A model generated the notes under the pieces. It was not told the DNA's origin. It searched no databases and was given only the letters and a program-made list of their open reading frames with translations. Source: Candidatus Brocadiaceae bacterium (GTDB taxonomy: Bacteria; Planctomycetota; Brocadiia; SM23-32). Taken from it: a DNA stretch of 64,000 nt. A program made the position numbers and the translations under genes. Of this stretch, positions 56,865 through 64,000 are shown in pieces. The stretch lies in the NCBI GenBank assembly GCA_963805825.1, contig CAWDVO010000022.1:79641-143640 (forward strand), written 5' to 3'. Position 1 is the first letter of the stretch. Each line of letters starts with the position of its first letter.

Positions 56865-57146
56865 TCAGTCAGCCTGTCCTCGAGACAGATGGCTGCAGTC
56901 ACCGACCGCACACACAGAAACCATCGCGTCCCCGCCCGAGCCGTTGGTGCAAGCGCCGTCAATACAGGCGTGCGAAGGCACGCCGCAGGCACTGCCGCCG
57001 CAGGACACCCTGCCGGCGCACACCAGTGTATTGCAGCCGAAGTTGAGCGGGCAGAGAGATGGACACGTGGTGCTGTCAGCGGCTCCGCCCAAAGCACTCA
57101 GTCCCAGGTCCACAAAGAGGCCTCCCAGCAATTGATCGAGTGTCAC
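56865..57146 (-). CDS. Cys-rich small peptide (93 aa, 11 Cys), candidate radical SAM/SPASM precursor (SCIFF/ranthipeptide-like); GTG start
   Basis: Translation (GTG)TLDQLLGGLFVDLGLSALGGAADSTTCPSLCPLNFGCNTLVCAGRVSCGGSACGVPSHACIDGACTNGSGGDAMVSVCAVGDCSHLSRGQAD*. Strong SD GAGGGGAGGAAG 5-6 nt upstream of GTG (complement of 57144-57146). The ORF track shows it as an M-initial ORF. Confidence 0.55.
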   Translation of the reverse strand: MTLDQLLGGLFVDLGLSALGGAADSTTCPSLCPLNFGCNTLVCAGRVSCGGSACGVPSHACIDGACTNGSGGDAMVSVCAVGDCSHLSRGQAD

Positions 57147-57250
57147 TCGCTTCCTCCCCTCTTGGCGCTCGCATGGAGATGGTCAGAACCGACGCCTGTC
57201 ACCGTTCTGCCGCAGGTTCCGGCTGCGCGGGCGTACCGTTCACCACCAGG

Positions 57251-59137
57251 CTAGTTATGGTGTCTTCGCGCTTTATTTCTTCCGAATAGTTGCACCAGGC
57301 CCATCGCTTCCAGGTACAGGATGCCTCCCACATCCTGGTAACCGAAGGCCAATGCCTCGCGCAACGCTCCTTTCCCGCCGTCGACTGCCGGGTAGCGGGC
57401 GACGCAGTAGTCCAACATGCCCGTCGCTTCATTGAACCAGTACTCCGAAACGGCGCCTGACGTCTTCGCCGTCAGGGCGATCACATCGTATCTCGAGGCT
57501 GCCTGAGAGCTGACGTACTCCTCAAGCCCCGGCAGGTCTTCGGTCATTGCGACTCCTGTCTGCACGCTGTCCGCTCGCCCCATCAGGTCGCTCACATTGA
57601 AGCGCAGCTCTCCGTCCAGGTAGGCGGGGATGGCGCTCTCACCTGCGCCAAAGTACCCGTTACTGATCTTGCCCACCGGCGTAACGATCTCGCTTATCGG
57701 CGCGCCTCTTCCGTCCTGGCCCAACATCTGGAGGAAGAGCGGTTGGCGAGTGGCCTCGACGTCCAACACGAAGCTCATGTCGTCCAGAGGGCCGCGACTG
57801 CCGCTCCCGCTGAAGTGGGCCGCTTCTTGCCGGCGCTGGAACGATACGGACGATATTCTCGCGAAGTTCGCGGCATAGCGGGATAGCGTGCTCTTGGCTG
57901 TCCGCAGGTCCGAACGAGACAACTCCTCGGACGGCCCCAGCCGCGGCCTGCTCCACGCGAGCGGCTGCAGATCCCCTATCTCCTTATCCACGAAATCCGA
58001 CAGGACTCCGCCCTCTACCGGTTCCGTCTGCGTCACAGTGTCGCCGGCTGTCGACGAGGGCGCTGGCTTGCTGGCACCAGCAGCGGGTGGCCGGGGCAGG
58101 GTTCTTCGTAACAGGAACTCAGCGAGAGCGTTCGCGTCCTCGAGATGCGCTGTCCAGCTGACTTCGGACGAAACATCCGCCTGGGCCGACGGTATAAGTC
58201 TGTCGGTGCCAAGAACACTGGCCATCCCACCGGCAAGCACATGGGTCCAGTCGGATGGCTTGGTGGATGCCGCAACGCGTGCGCTTCCCCGCAGAAGGAA
58301 CACGTCTGTCTGTGCCGGAGCTGCCCGAACGTCCAAGATGGTGCCAGTGACGCCGACAACCGCATTGTCCGTCCTGATGCTGAAGGGGTGCCCGGGGACC
58401 ACCTCCAGATAGACCTCGCCTGCCACGAGTTGGACGGCGACGCCCGCCGGACCAAGCCTCCCGTCCGCCGGGTGCGCTGCTATGCGAGTGAACACAGCCC
58501 TGCTGTGCGCATTGAGGATGGCCCGGTGCTTCCCATCGAGCAGTATTTCCTGTGCGTCGTCCCCGGTGCTGATGTCGTTACCCCTGACAGCCACCCTCTC
58601 TCCAGACGACGTCAGGAGCGCGACGAAATCGCCCTCCCCCCCCTGCTCCGGTGCATCCGCACTTACAGTCGGAGTCGGACGCGGAGCCAGGAACCCACCG
58701 TGAGTGATAATCAGCAGAGCAGTTCCCACCGCCAGCAGCAGGGAAGCTGCCACGGCAAGCGCAACGTGTGGTCGGCGCCAGATGGTGCGTGCGGAGGGGT
58801 CTCCACTGACCTCAGCCTTCCCCCTCCCTGTCGCGCCGGATTCTCCGGCGGCCCTCTCCCTCCAGCCGCCCGCCGCGGCGTGCCCTGCCTCAACTCCGGT
58901 ACGGCGCGCCAGCGCACGTAGGGTCCTGGGATGGAGGCTTCCCCACCTCGTCCGAAGGAACGGGACCAGTCTGGCCGTCTCCTCGTAGTCGGTGCGACAA
59001 ACGGGGCACACCTCCAGGTGGCTCTCAAGCGCCTCCCTGTCGGCCTGTGTGAGGTCCGGGTCAGACTCGATGTACAATGACAGCAGCAGCTGTGCCTCAC
59101 AGCACTTCAGCGTCCGCTGGTCTTCGTTACTGCCCAA
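57251..59137 (-). CDS. anti-sigma factor: N-terminal ZAS zinc-finger, TM helix, FecR-like domain and extra C-terminal domain shared with the 365-aa protein
   Basis: 628 aa. H-x3-C-x2-C (HLEVCPVCRTDYEE). TM ALAVAASLLLAVGTALLII. FecR-like GEVYLEVVPGHPFSIRTDNAVVGVTGTILDVR. Confidence 0.7.
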   Translation of the reverse strand: MGSNEDQRTLKCCEAQLLLSLYIESDPDLTQADREALESHLEVCPVCRTDYEETARLVPFLRTRWGSLHPRTLRALARRTGVEAGHAAAGGWRERAAGESGATGRGKAEVSGDPSARTIWRRPHVALAVAASLLLAVGTALLIITHGGFLAPRPTPTVSADAPEQGGEGDFVALLTSSGERVAVRGNDISTGDDAQEILLDGKHRAILNAHSRAVFTRIAAHPADGRLGPAGVAVQLVAGEVYLEVVPGHPFSIRTDNAVVGVTGTILDVRAAPAQTDVFLLRGSARVAASTKPSDWTHVLAGGMASVLGTDRLIPSAQADVSSEVSWTAHLEDANALAEFLLRRTLPRPPAAGASKPAPSSTAGDTVTQTEPVEGGVLSDFVDKEIGDLQPLAWSRPRLGPSEELSRSDLRTAKSTLSRYAANFARISSVSFQRRQEAAHFSGSGSRGPLDDMSFVLDVEATRQPLFLQMLGQDGRGAPISEIVTPVGKISNGYFGAGESAIPAYLDGELRFNVSDLMGRADSVQTGVAMTEDLPGLEEYVSSQAASRYDVIALTAKTSGAVSEYWFNEATGMLDYCVARYPAVDGGKGALREALAFGYQDVGGILYLEAMGLVQLFGRNKARRHHN

Positions 59138-59335
59138 CGGAATGGGCTCCCTTCGGGATTTGCACCTTGATGTAGCTTAGTGACGGGTGGGGGGCCGGTG
59201 TCACGAACTTGCCTGGTCCCCCGGCCCAAAATCCGGCGGGTCTACCGGGTGTCCGTACGCACCCCAGCCCTCCGGCGAGACAGGGGGGTCCCGCTCTTCA
59301 CGAACGAACCGAGAGGCCATGCGCGGGTACCTCCC

Positions 59336-59932
59336 TCAGCGCCATAGGGTCATCCCCGTGATCAGGAAGACGGCAGTCCCCCTTAGCAGTTCTCGGAGGG
59401 CTTTACGGGCCCTGTACAATCGGTTGCGGAACTGGTTGGGGTTACAGTCGGCCATCTCAGCAGCCTCCCCAACCGGGATCTCCAACACATGGACCAGTTC
59501 AAAGGCCTCACGCTGCTCGGGCGTCAAGTGAGACTTGGCACGTTCGATGGCCGCGGCCGTTTCCTCTGCTTCCAGGCCCCTGCTCTCATCGGTCCGTCGT
59601 CCTTCCACTTCATACTCGACATCATCGAATGAGACCGCCGCTCTGCGGTGTCGACCACGCACATTCTCTCGGAGGACGTTCTTCGCGATGCCCAGAACAT
59701 AGGTCTTCACCGACGAATCGCCGCGAAAGCGCTCTCTGTGCTCCCACAGCCGCACAAAGACCTCTTGCACAAGTTCTGGCAGGTCGCTCCGACTAACGCC
59801 AACGGCGCGACTGCTGAGGAAGTCGCGCACAACAGGAGAATAGACCCGGTAGATGTCCTCAAACGACCCGTCAGGACACCGGTCGGCGCTCCCCAAAGTG
59901 CGGTCTCCCTCATTGTCGGCTGGAGGTGCCAT
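59336..59932 (-). CDS. ECF (sigma-24-type) RNA polymerase sigma factor
   Basis: 198 aa. Region 2 FEDIYRVYSPVVRDFL...VQEVFVRLWE. Region 4 LTPEQREAFELVHVLEIPVGEAAEMADCNPNQFRNRLYRARKAL. Confidence 0.8.
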   Translation of the reverse strand: MAPPADNEGDRTLGSADRCPDGSFEDIYRVYSPVVRDFLSSRAVGVSRSDLPELVQEVFVRLWEHRERFRGDSSVKTYVLGIAKNVLRENVRGRHRRAAVSFDDVEYEVEGRRTDESRGLEAEETAAAIERAKSHLTPEQREAFELVHVLEIPVGEAAEMADCNPNQFRNRLYRARKALRELLRGTAVFLITGMTLWR

Positions 59933-60378
59933 AGGCCTCTCTCCCGAACATCAGGGCCACGCGCTGTTGCGGACTGACCTCGTGTACGAGCGACAGATAG
60001 ACCGGTTGCACTCAGTTGAGGGCAGCACAGCCTGTCTGTCTCAGGACTCAGCCCACTTCCCGGTTCTGTCCTACACAATTCTCCCGAAGATGCACTGGCA
60101 GCAGTATAGGCGTTTGGCCGTCGGAGTCAAGACTCCCTCCGTCCCCACTTGCAGAGCCACAGTCTGCTTCCCACGAAGTCGAACGGGGTGCGCTCCATGG
60201 AACGGTGTCCCGACGAGATCCCTCGTTCCGGCCGTTACGGAGGCATCTGAGCTTGACGGGCATGCATCGGTCGGCCTCTCCGCCTCAGGCGAAGCGTGAT
60301 GAACCGGCCCCGAATGGCACAAATACACGGGTAGTATGCGTGGCGGTATGGCCTTCCCTTGGCCAGTGAGGTGGAGCG

Positions 60379-60699
60379 ATGGTGGGCAAGCCCCCGAGGC
60401 AGCTTGCCGGGCGTTTGCGTCGTGGGTCGCACGCTTGGCTTCTGCCTGCATTCGGCGTTCTTGGTTGCAGTCTACTGCTGGACCGGCCTGCGCTTGCCTA
60501 CATCGATCCCGGCACGGGAGGGGCCGTCTTCGGTTCGCTGGTGCCCCTGATCGGACTCTTGAGCGCTTTCGTGGCTTCGATCTGGGGCATGCGTCGCTTC
60601 TTCCCCAGTGCTCTTCGTGCCTTTGTTCGGCGTCACCCGGTCTGGCTAGGTGCCGCTGCCGCTTTGTCTATAATGGCTGTCCTGTTGGCGCTGGGGTGA
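60379..60699 (+). CDS. hypothetical small membrane protein
   Basis: 106 aa, 3 hydrophobic segments. SD GAGGTGGAG 5 nt upstream of the ATG. Confidence 0.4.
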   Translation: MVGKPPRQLAGRLRRGSHAWLLPAFGVLGCSLLLDRPALAYIDPGTGGAVFGSLVPLIGLLSAFVASIWGMRRFFPSALRAFVRRHPVWLGAAAALSIMAVLLALG

Positions 60700-60709
60700 G
60701 CCGGGGCTA

Positions 60710-61860
60710 GTACCTGGTTGCGTTAGTTTGCGTATGTTGGATTGAGGGCCTTCGGGCCCACGTTCCGCTTCGTCCACTCGAAGGGGGCGGCCTGTTCGTT
60801 ATGCGCTTCGACATAGGCATCTATCGCCTGGCGCACCTGGCGAGTGTGCGTGAAGCTGCGCGGCTTCAGGGCGTGCCGCGTCAGCAGGCTGAACCATATC
60901 TCGATCTGGTTCAGCCACGAGGCGTGCGTCGGGGTGTAGTGGAAGCGCACGTTCTTGTGCCGGGCCAACCAGCCGTCGTGTCGGGGCTTGTGGGTGCTCA
61001 GGTTATCGAGGATCACGTGGACCTCCTCGTCGGGGTGGTCGGCGAGCAGCTCGTTCATGAACTCCAGGAACTCCCTGCGGCGTCGGCGCCGGAAGTGGCC
61101 TGCCTTGACCAGGCCCGTGGCGACCTCCAGGGCGGCGAAGAGCGTGGTGGTGCCGTGCCGCTTGTACTCGTGGCTGTAGCCCGTCATGGCCTTGCCGTTG
61201 GGCAGCCGAAGCCACCCTTGCGCGCGCTCCAGAGCCTGGATGTGGGGCTTCTCGTCCACGCACAGGACCAGAGCATTCTGGGGCGGATCCAGATAGAGCC
61301 CCACGATGTCGGCGGCCTTGCGGGCGAACTCCGGGTCGGTGCTCACGCACCAGGAGCGGCGCCTCTGCAGGTGGATGCCGTGGCGGCGCAGCACGCGCCA
61401 GACCTGGTCGGCGCTCACGTCGCCCAGCCGCTTTGCCAGCAGGCTGCCCGTCCAGGTGGCGTAGCCCTTGGGCGGGGGGCTGTCGAGCGCCTCCAGGATG
61501 CGCCGCTCGGCCGCCTGTCTGTAGCGGGCGGGTTTGCCCGAGCGCGGGGCGTCCGAGAGCCCCGCCAGGCGCTCGGCGGCGAAGCGCGTGCGCCACTTGG
61601 AGACGCGCGCGGCCCGCGTGCCGAGTTCCCGGGCGACCTCTTCGTTGGTGGCCCCGTCGGCCAGGCGCAGGATCATGCGCGCCCTCTCTGCCGCCCGATG
61701 CTCGCTGGTGCCGCAGCGCACCCAGGACTGGAGCACCGTGCGTTCCTCCTCGCTCAACGAGATCTCCGTCCCCTTCACCATGCCATCGTCCCCTTTCTCA
61801 GCCCATTCGGACCTCGGCCAGGGACGATTATATCATACGCTAACTAACGCTGGCAAGTAC
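60710..61860 (-). mobile_element. IS630-family insertion sequence (1151 bp) with ~30-bp terminal inverted repeats and TA target duplication
   Basis: Left TA(60708-9)-GTACCTGGTTGCGTTAGTTTGCGTATG. Right CATACGCTAACTAACGCTGGCAAGTAC-TA(61861-2). About 25/30 of the IR is complementary. Confidence 0.75.
60723..61781 (-). CDS. IS630-family (Tc1/mariner-like) transposase
   Basis: 352 aa. HTH N-terminus (LSEEERTVLQSW...ATNEEVARELG). DDE_3 core (LVLCVDEK...HVILDNLSTHK...YTPTHASWLNQIE). Confidence 0.8.
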   Translation of the reverse strand: MVKGTEISLSEEERTVLQSWVRCGTSEHRAAERARMILRLADGATNEEVARELGTRAARVSKWRTRFAAERLAGLSDAPRSGKPARYRQAAERRILEALDSPPPKGYATWTGSLLAKRLGDVSADQVWRVLRRHGIHLQRRRSWCVSTDPEFARKAADIVGLYLDPPQNALVLCVDEKPHIQALERAQGWLRLPNGKAMTGYSHEYKRHGTTTLFAALEVATGLVKAGHFRRRRRREFLEFMNELLADHPDEEVHVILDNLSTHKPRHDGWLARHKNVRFHYTPTHASWLNQIEIWFSLLTRHALKPRSFTHTRQVRQAIDAYVEAHNEQAAPFEWTKRNVGPKALNPTYAN

Positions 61861-62140
61861 TAGGACGATTCCCCGGGCCAATCTATGTATCATGCGAATG
61901 GACCGAGCACAAGACAGATCTGAAGCCTCCGGGAGGCCTTTCGCTCCAGAGCAGTGCAACCCGCGGCGAAGAGCGCAGAGGGGCAGAGGGTGTCTTGACA
62001 CGTCTTCTGCTGGAGCATGTCGCGCGGTTGACACATCAGATGGCGCCACTACGAGAGACGGCACTCTCACCAGGCGAACGCTCCTCAGACGGGCGGCCCT
62101 CATAGGCGGCGCCGCCCTCTGGTTGAGGTGGGGTGGCCCG

Positions 62141-64000
62141 ATGGCGGCCGGACACGGACCGACAGGCAGAAGGAACGCGCCACGGAAAGTGGTCTTGTGC
62201 GGGATCGACGGACTGGATCCCGCAGTGCTCACGCTCTTACGGGAAGAGGGAGCCGTCCCCAACATCGACCGCTTGTGGCGGGAGGGAAGCGGCGGCCCCC
62301 TGGCAACCGCCACCCCTGCCCAGAGCCCGGTTGTGTGGACGACGCTGGCCACCGGTGTCAACCCGGGTATGCACGGGGTGTTCGACTTCATCCACCGCGA
62401 TCCCGAGACCCTCCTTCCCTACCTCTCCATCTGCCAGGAAGACCCGGGCCGGGGTGCGCCCCGCTATCGTGTGCCTCGCCAGGCCCCTGCGTTCTGGAAC
62501 GTGCTGACAGACGCGGGGGTCCCGGTCACAGCCCTCCGATGGCCCGTGACCTTCCCCCCAGAGGTGATCAACGGCCGCATGTTGTCCGGGCTCGGGACCC
62601 CCAGCCTGCGCGGCACACTGGGGCACTATGCCGTCTACACCGACTCCCCCAGCGATCTGCCCGACGCCCTGCCTGAACACGTCATAGAGGTCGAGTTGCG
62701 CGACGGCAAGTACGTGGCCGACATCCAGGGGCCGTTGGTTCGCCACCTGACAGGAGTGCGTGCTTCCACCCTCCGGCTTACGGTCAGACCGACGACCGAT
62801 GGCGTGTCGGTCGACTTGGACCAGCAGAATGCCGTTCTCAGAGAAGGGCAATGGAGCGACTGGATGCCGGTCCACTTTTCAACGGGGGTCCTGAGCAAAG
62901 TCCAGGGAATGGTCAAGTTCCGGCTGATGCGGCGCCAAGGGCCCCTTATCTTGTACATGACGCCTATCGAACTTGACCCGCGGGCCACCGCGATGCCGTT
63001 GGCCGCACCAAGTGGCTACGGCGCAGAGCTGGCTGCCGCCATCGGGGCATACCATACCCTTGGGATGCCGGAGGACACGAAGGCGCTGAACGAAGGGGCG
63101 CTCAGCGATGAAGCCTTTCTTGAGCAGTGCAGGGAGATACATTCCGAACGTGTGGCGATGTTCTGGCATGAGTTCGGTAGGATGCGAGAGGGAGTGCTGG
63201 CCTGCGTCTTCGACACCAGCGACCGCATCCAACACATGTTCTGGCGGCAGAACGACCTGGGCCCGGACCTGGAGATCCGCAGCCTAAGTCCCGCAATACA
63301 CGAGCATTACGTAGCGCTGGACCGCTTCCTTGGCCAGGTGATGGCGGCTACCGACTCCGAGACCGCCCTCCTCGTCTTCTCCGACCATGGCTTCACGCGG
63401 TTCCACACGTGCTTTGACCTGAACGCATGGCTCGTGGACCGGGGCTACATGAGCCTGAAGCGGGCGCCGTCAGGGACCGCAGACCAAGGGAACGCCCTCT
63501 TCTACCTGGTGGACTGGGAGCGGACGGTGGCATACGCCTGCGGTTTCTCGGGACTCTACCTCAATCTGCGTGGCCGGGAAAAGCACGGCATCGTGGGCGG
63601 GAATGATGCCGATGGATTGGTGCAGAAGCTCCAGGAGGACCTCCTCTCATACAAGCTCGACGGACTGCAGACCTGTCCCGTGCTGCAGGCAGCGTCAAGG
63701 CGTGAGCTGTATTCGGGGCCGGAGGCAGTTTCGAGCCCCGACATCGTGGTCGGCACGGCGCCGGGATACCGAATGGACTGGCAGGCCACCATCGGAGGCG
63801 TCGGTCCGAACGTTGTCAGGCCGAACCAGCAGAAATGGTCCGGAGACCACATTGTCGCGCCAACGTGCGTCCCGGGTACGCTGTGCTCGAACCTGCAGCT
63901 TGACCTGCAAGACGCCACGGTATATGACATCCTACCGACCGTCCTTTCCCTGCTCGGTATTGCGCCGAGCGCCGGTCTTCCGGGCAGGTCCCTGGTTCGG
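62141..64000 (+). CDS. alkaline-phosphatase-superfamily type I phosphodiesterase / nucleotide pyrophosphatase-like protein, 3'-partial
   Basis: Manual translation MAAGHGPTGRRNAPRKVVLCGIDGLDPAVLTLLREEGAVPNIDRLWREGSGGPLATATPAQSPVVWTTLATGVNPGMHGV...SDHGF... is open to the window end, so it is missing from the ORF track. GAGGTGGGG SD upstream. Confidence 0.6.
   Translation, partial: MAAGHGPTGRRNAPRKVVLCGIDGLDPAVLTLLREEGAVPNIDRLWREGSGGPLATATPAQSPVVWTTLATGVNPGMHGVFDFIHRDPETLLPYLSICQEDPGRGAPRYRVPRQAPAFWNVLTDAGVPVTALRWPVTFPPEVINGRMLSGLGTPSLRGTLGHYAVYTDSPSDLPDALPEHVIEVELRDGKYVADIQGPLVRHLTGVRASTLRLTVRPTTDGVSVDLDQQNAVLREGQWSDWMPVHFSTGVLSKVQGMVKFRLMRRQGPLILYMTPIELDPRATAMPLAAPSGYGAELAAAIGAYHTLGMPEDTKALNEGALSDEAFLEQCREIHSERVAMFWHEFGRMREGVLACVFDTSDRIQHMFWRQNDLGPDLEIRSLSPAIHEHYVALDRFLGQVMAATDSETALLVFSDHGFTRFHTCFDLNAWLVDRGYMSLKRAPSGTADQGNALFYLVDWERTVAYACGFSGLYLNLRGREKHGIVGGNDADGLVQKLQEDLLSYKLDGLQTCPVLQAASRRELYSGPEAVSSPDIVVGTAPGYRMDWQATIGGVGPNVVRPNQQKWSGDHIVAPTCVPGTLCSNLQLDLQDATVYDILPTVLSLLGIAPSAGLPGRSLVR

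Noticed and set aside
60801-61847. 348-aa plus ORF across the IS630 transposase
   Set aside because: Antisense shadow; DDE_3 motifs are on the minus strand.
1-64000. CRISPR arrays, rRNA genes, prophage structural genes
   Set aside because: No regularly spaced direct repeats, no rRNA-like conserved stretches and no capsid/terminase-like ORFs were seen. The only integrative signature is the tRNA-fragment/repeat region at 15.3-17.8 kb.

Overview
High-GC (~65%) bacterial accessory-type region. The LEPR-XLL N-terminal motif (LEPRILL) on a giant SBBP/CARDB repeat protein points to a Planctomycetota-like genome, possibly a MAG. All calls come from reading the supplied ORF track plus manual translation; no database search was run.

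Content, left to right:
- A 3'-partial membrane protein, an NSS/SNF-family Na+-dependent transporter with a tiny overlapping downstream membrane peptide, and a 1263-aa LEPR-XLL/SBBP/CARDB secreted protein.
- ZupT, an orphan CheD translationally coupled to a 1247-aa multi-PAS/GAF hybrid histidine kinase, an FAD oxidoreductase operon and a SAM methyltransferase.
- A decayed integration hotspot at 15.3-18.2 kb: three copies of a ~150-bp repeat, two of them followed by a tRNA-Gly(CCC) 3'-half remnant.
- A complete IS256-family element with terminal inverted repeats and a target-site duplication, inserted 13 codons before the stop of an S41 peptidase gene that also carries a frameshift.
- The most interesting system, an approximately 8-kb minus-strand operon (20.6-27.7 kb). 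It encodes a radical-SAM/SPASM enzyme, a SPASM-only Cys protein, a B12-binding radical SAM enzyme and a CxxCxxCC (YkgJ-like) protein. It also encodes a TPR-like membrane-anchored protein and the S41 protease. Its centrepiece is a 316-aa Tat-signal protein made almost entirely of about 40 consecutive C-x4/5 repeats rich in C-x3-D/N motifs, reminiscent of freyrasin/QhpC-type Cys-Asp thioether substrates. An IS427-like IS5-family element with an A6G frameshift site sits 28 bp upstream, with tatA and a CPEC thioredoxin-like gene next to it.
- Secreted TPR, glycoside-hydrolase-like and sulfatase-like proteins, then a full T2SS/T4P-like cluster (pilotin-like TPR lipoprotein, gspD, PilP/O-like, gspL-K-J-I-H-G-F-E) with three apparent frameshifts (gspD, gspL, gspK).
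- A second Cys-peptide system (52-60 kb): ABC exporter, RRE-like radical-SAM/SPASM maturase and a membrane protein. It includes an unlisted 93-aa Cys-rich peptide with a GTG start and strong RBS, plus a ZAS/FecR anti-sigma and ECF sigma pair.
- An IS630-family element with TA duplication and a 3'-partial alkaline-phosphatase-superfamily phosphodiesterase.

The four disrupted genes (S41 peptidase, gspD, gspL, gspK) may reflect homopolymer assembly errors or real decay; this must be resolved before functional claims.
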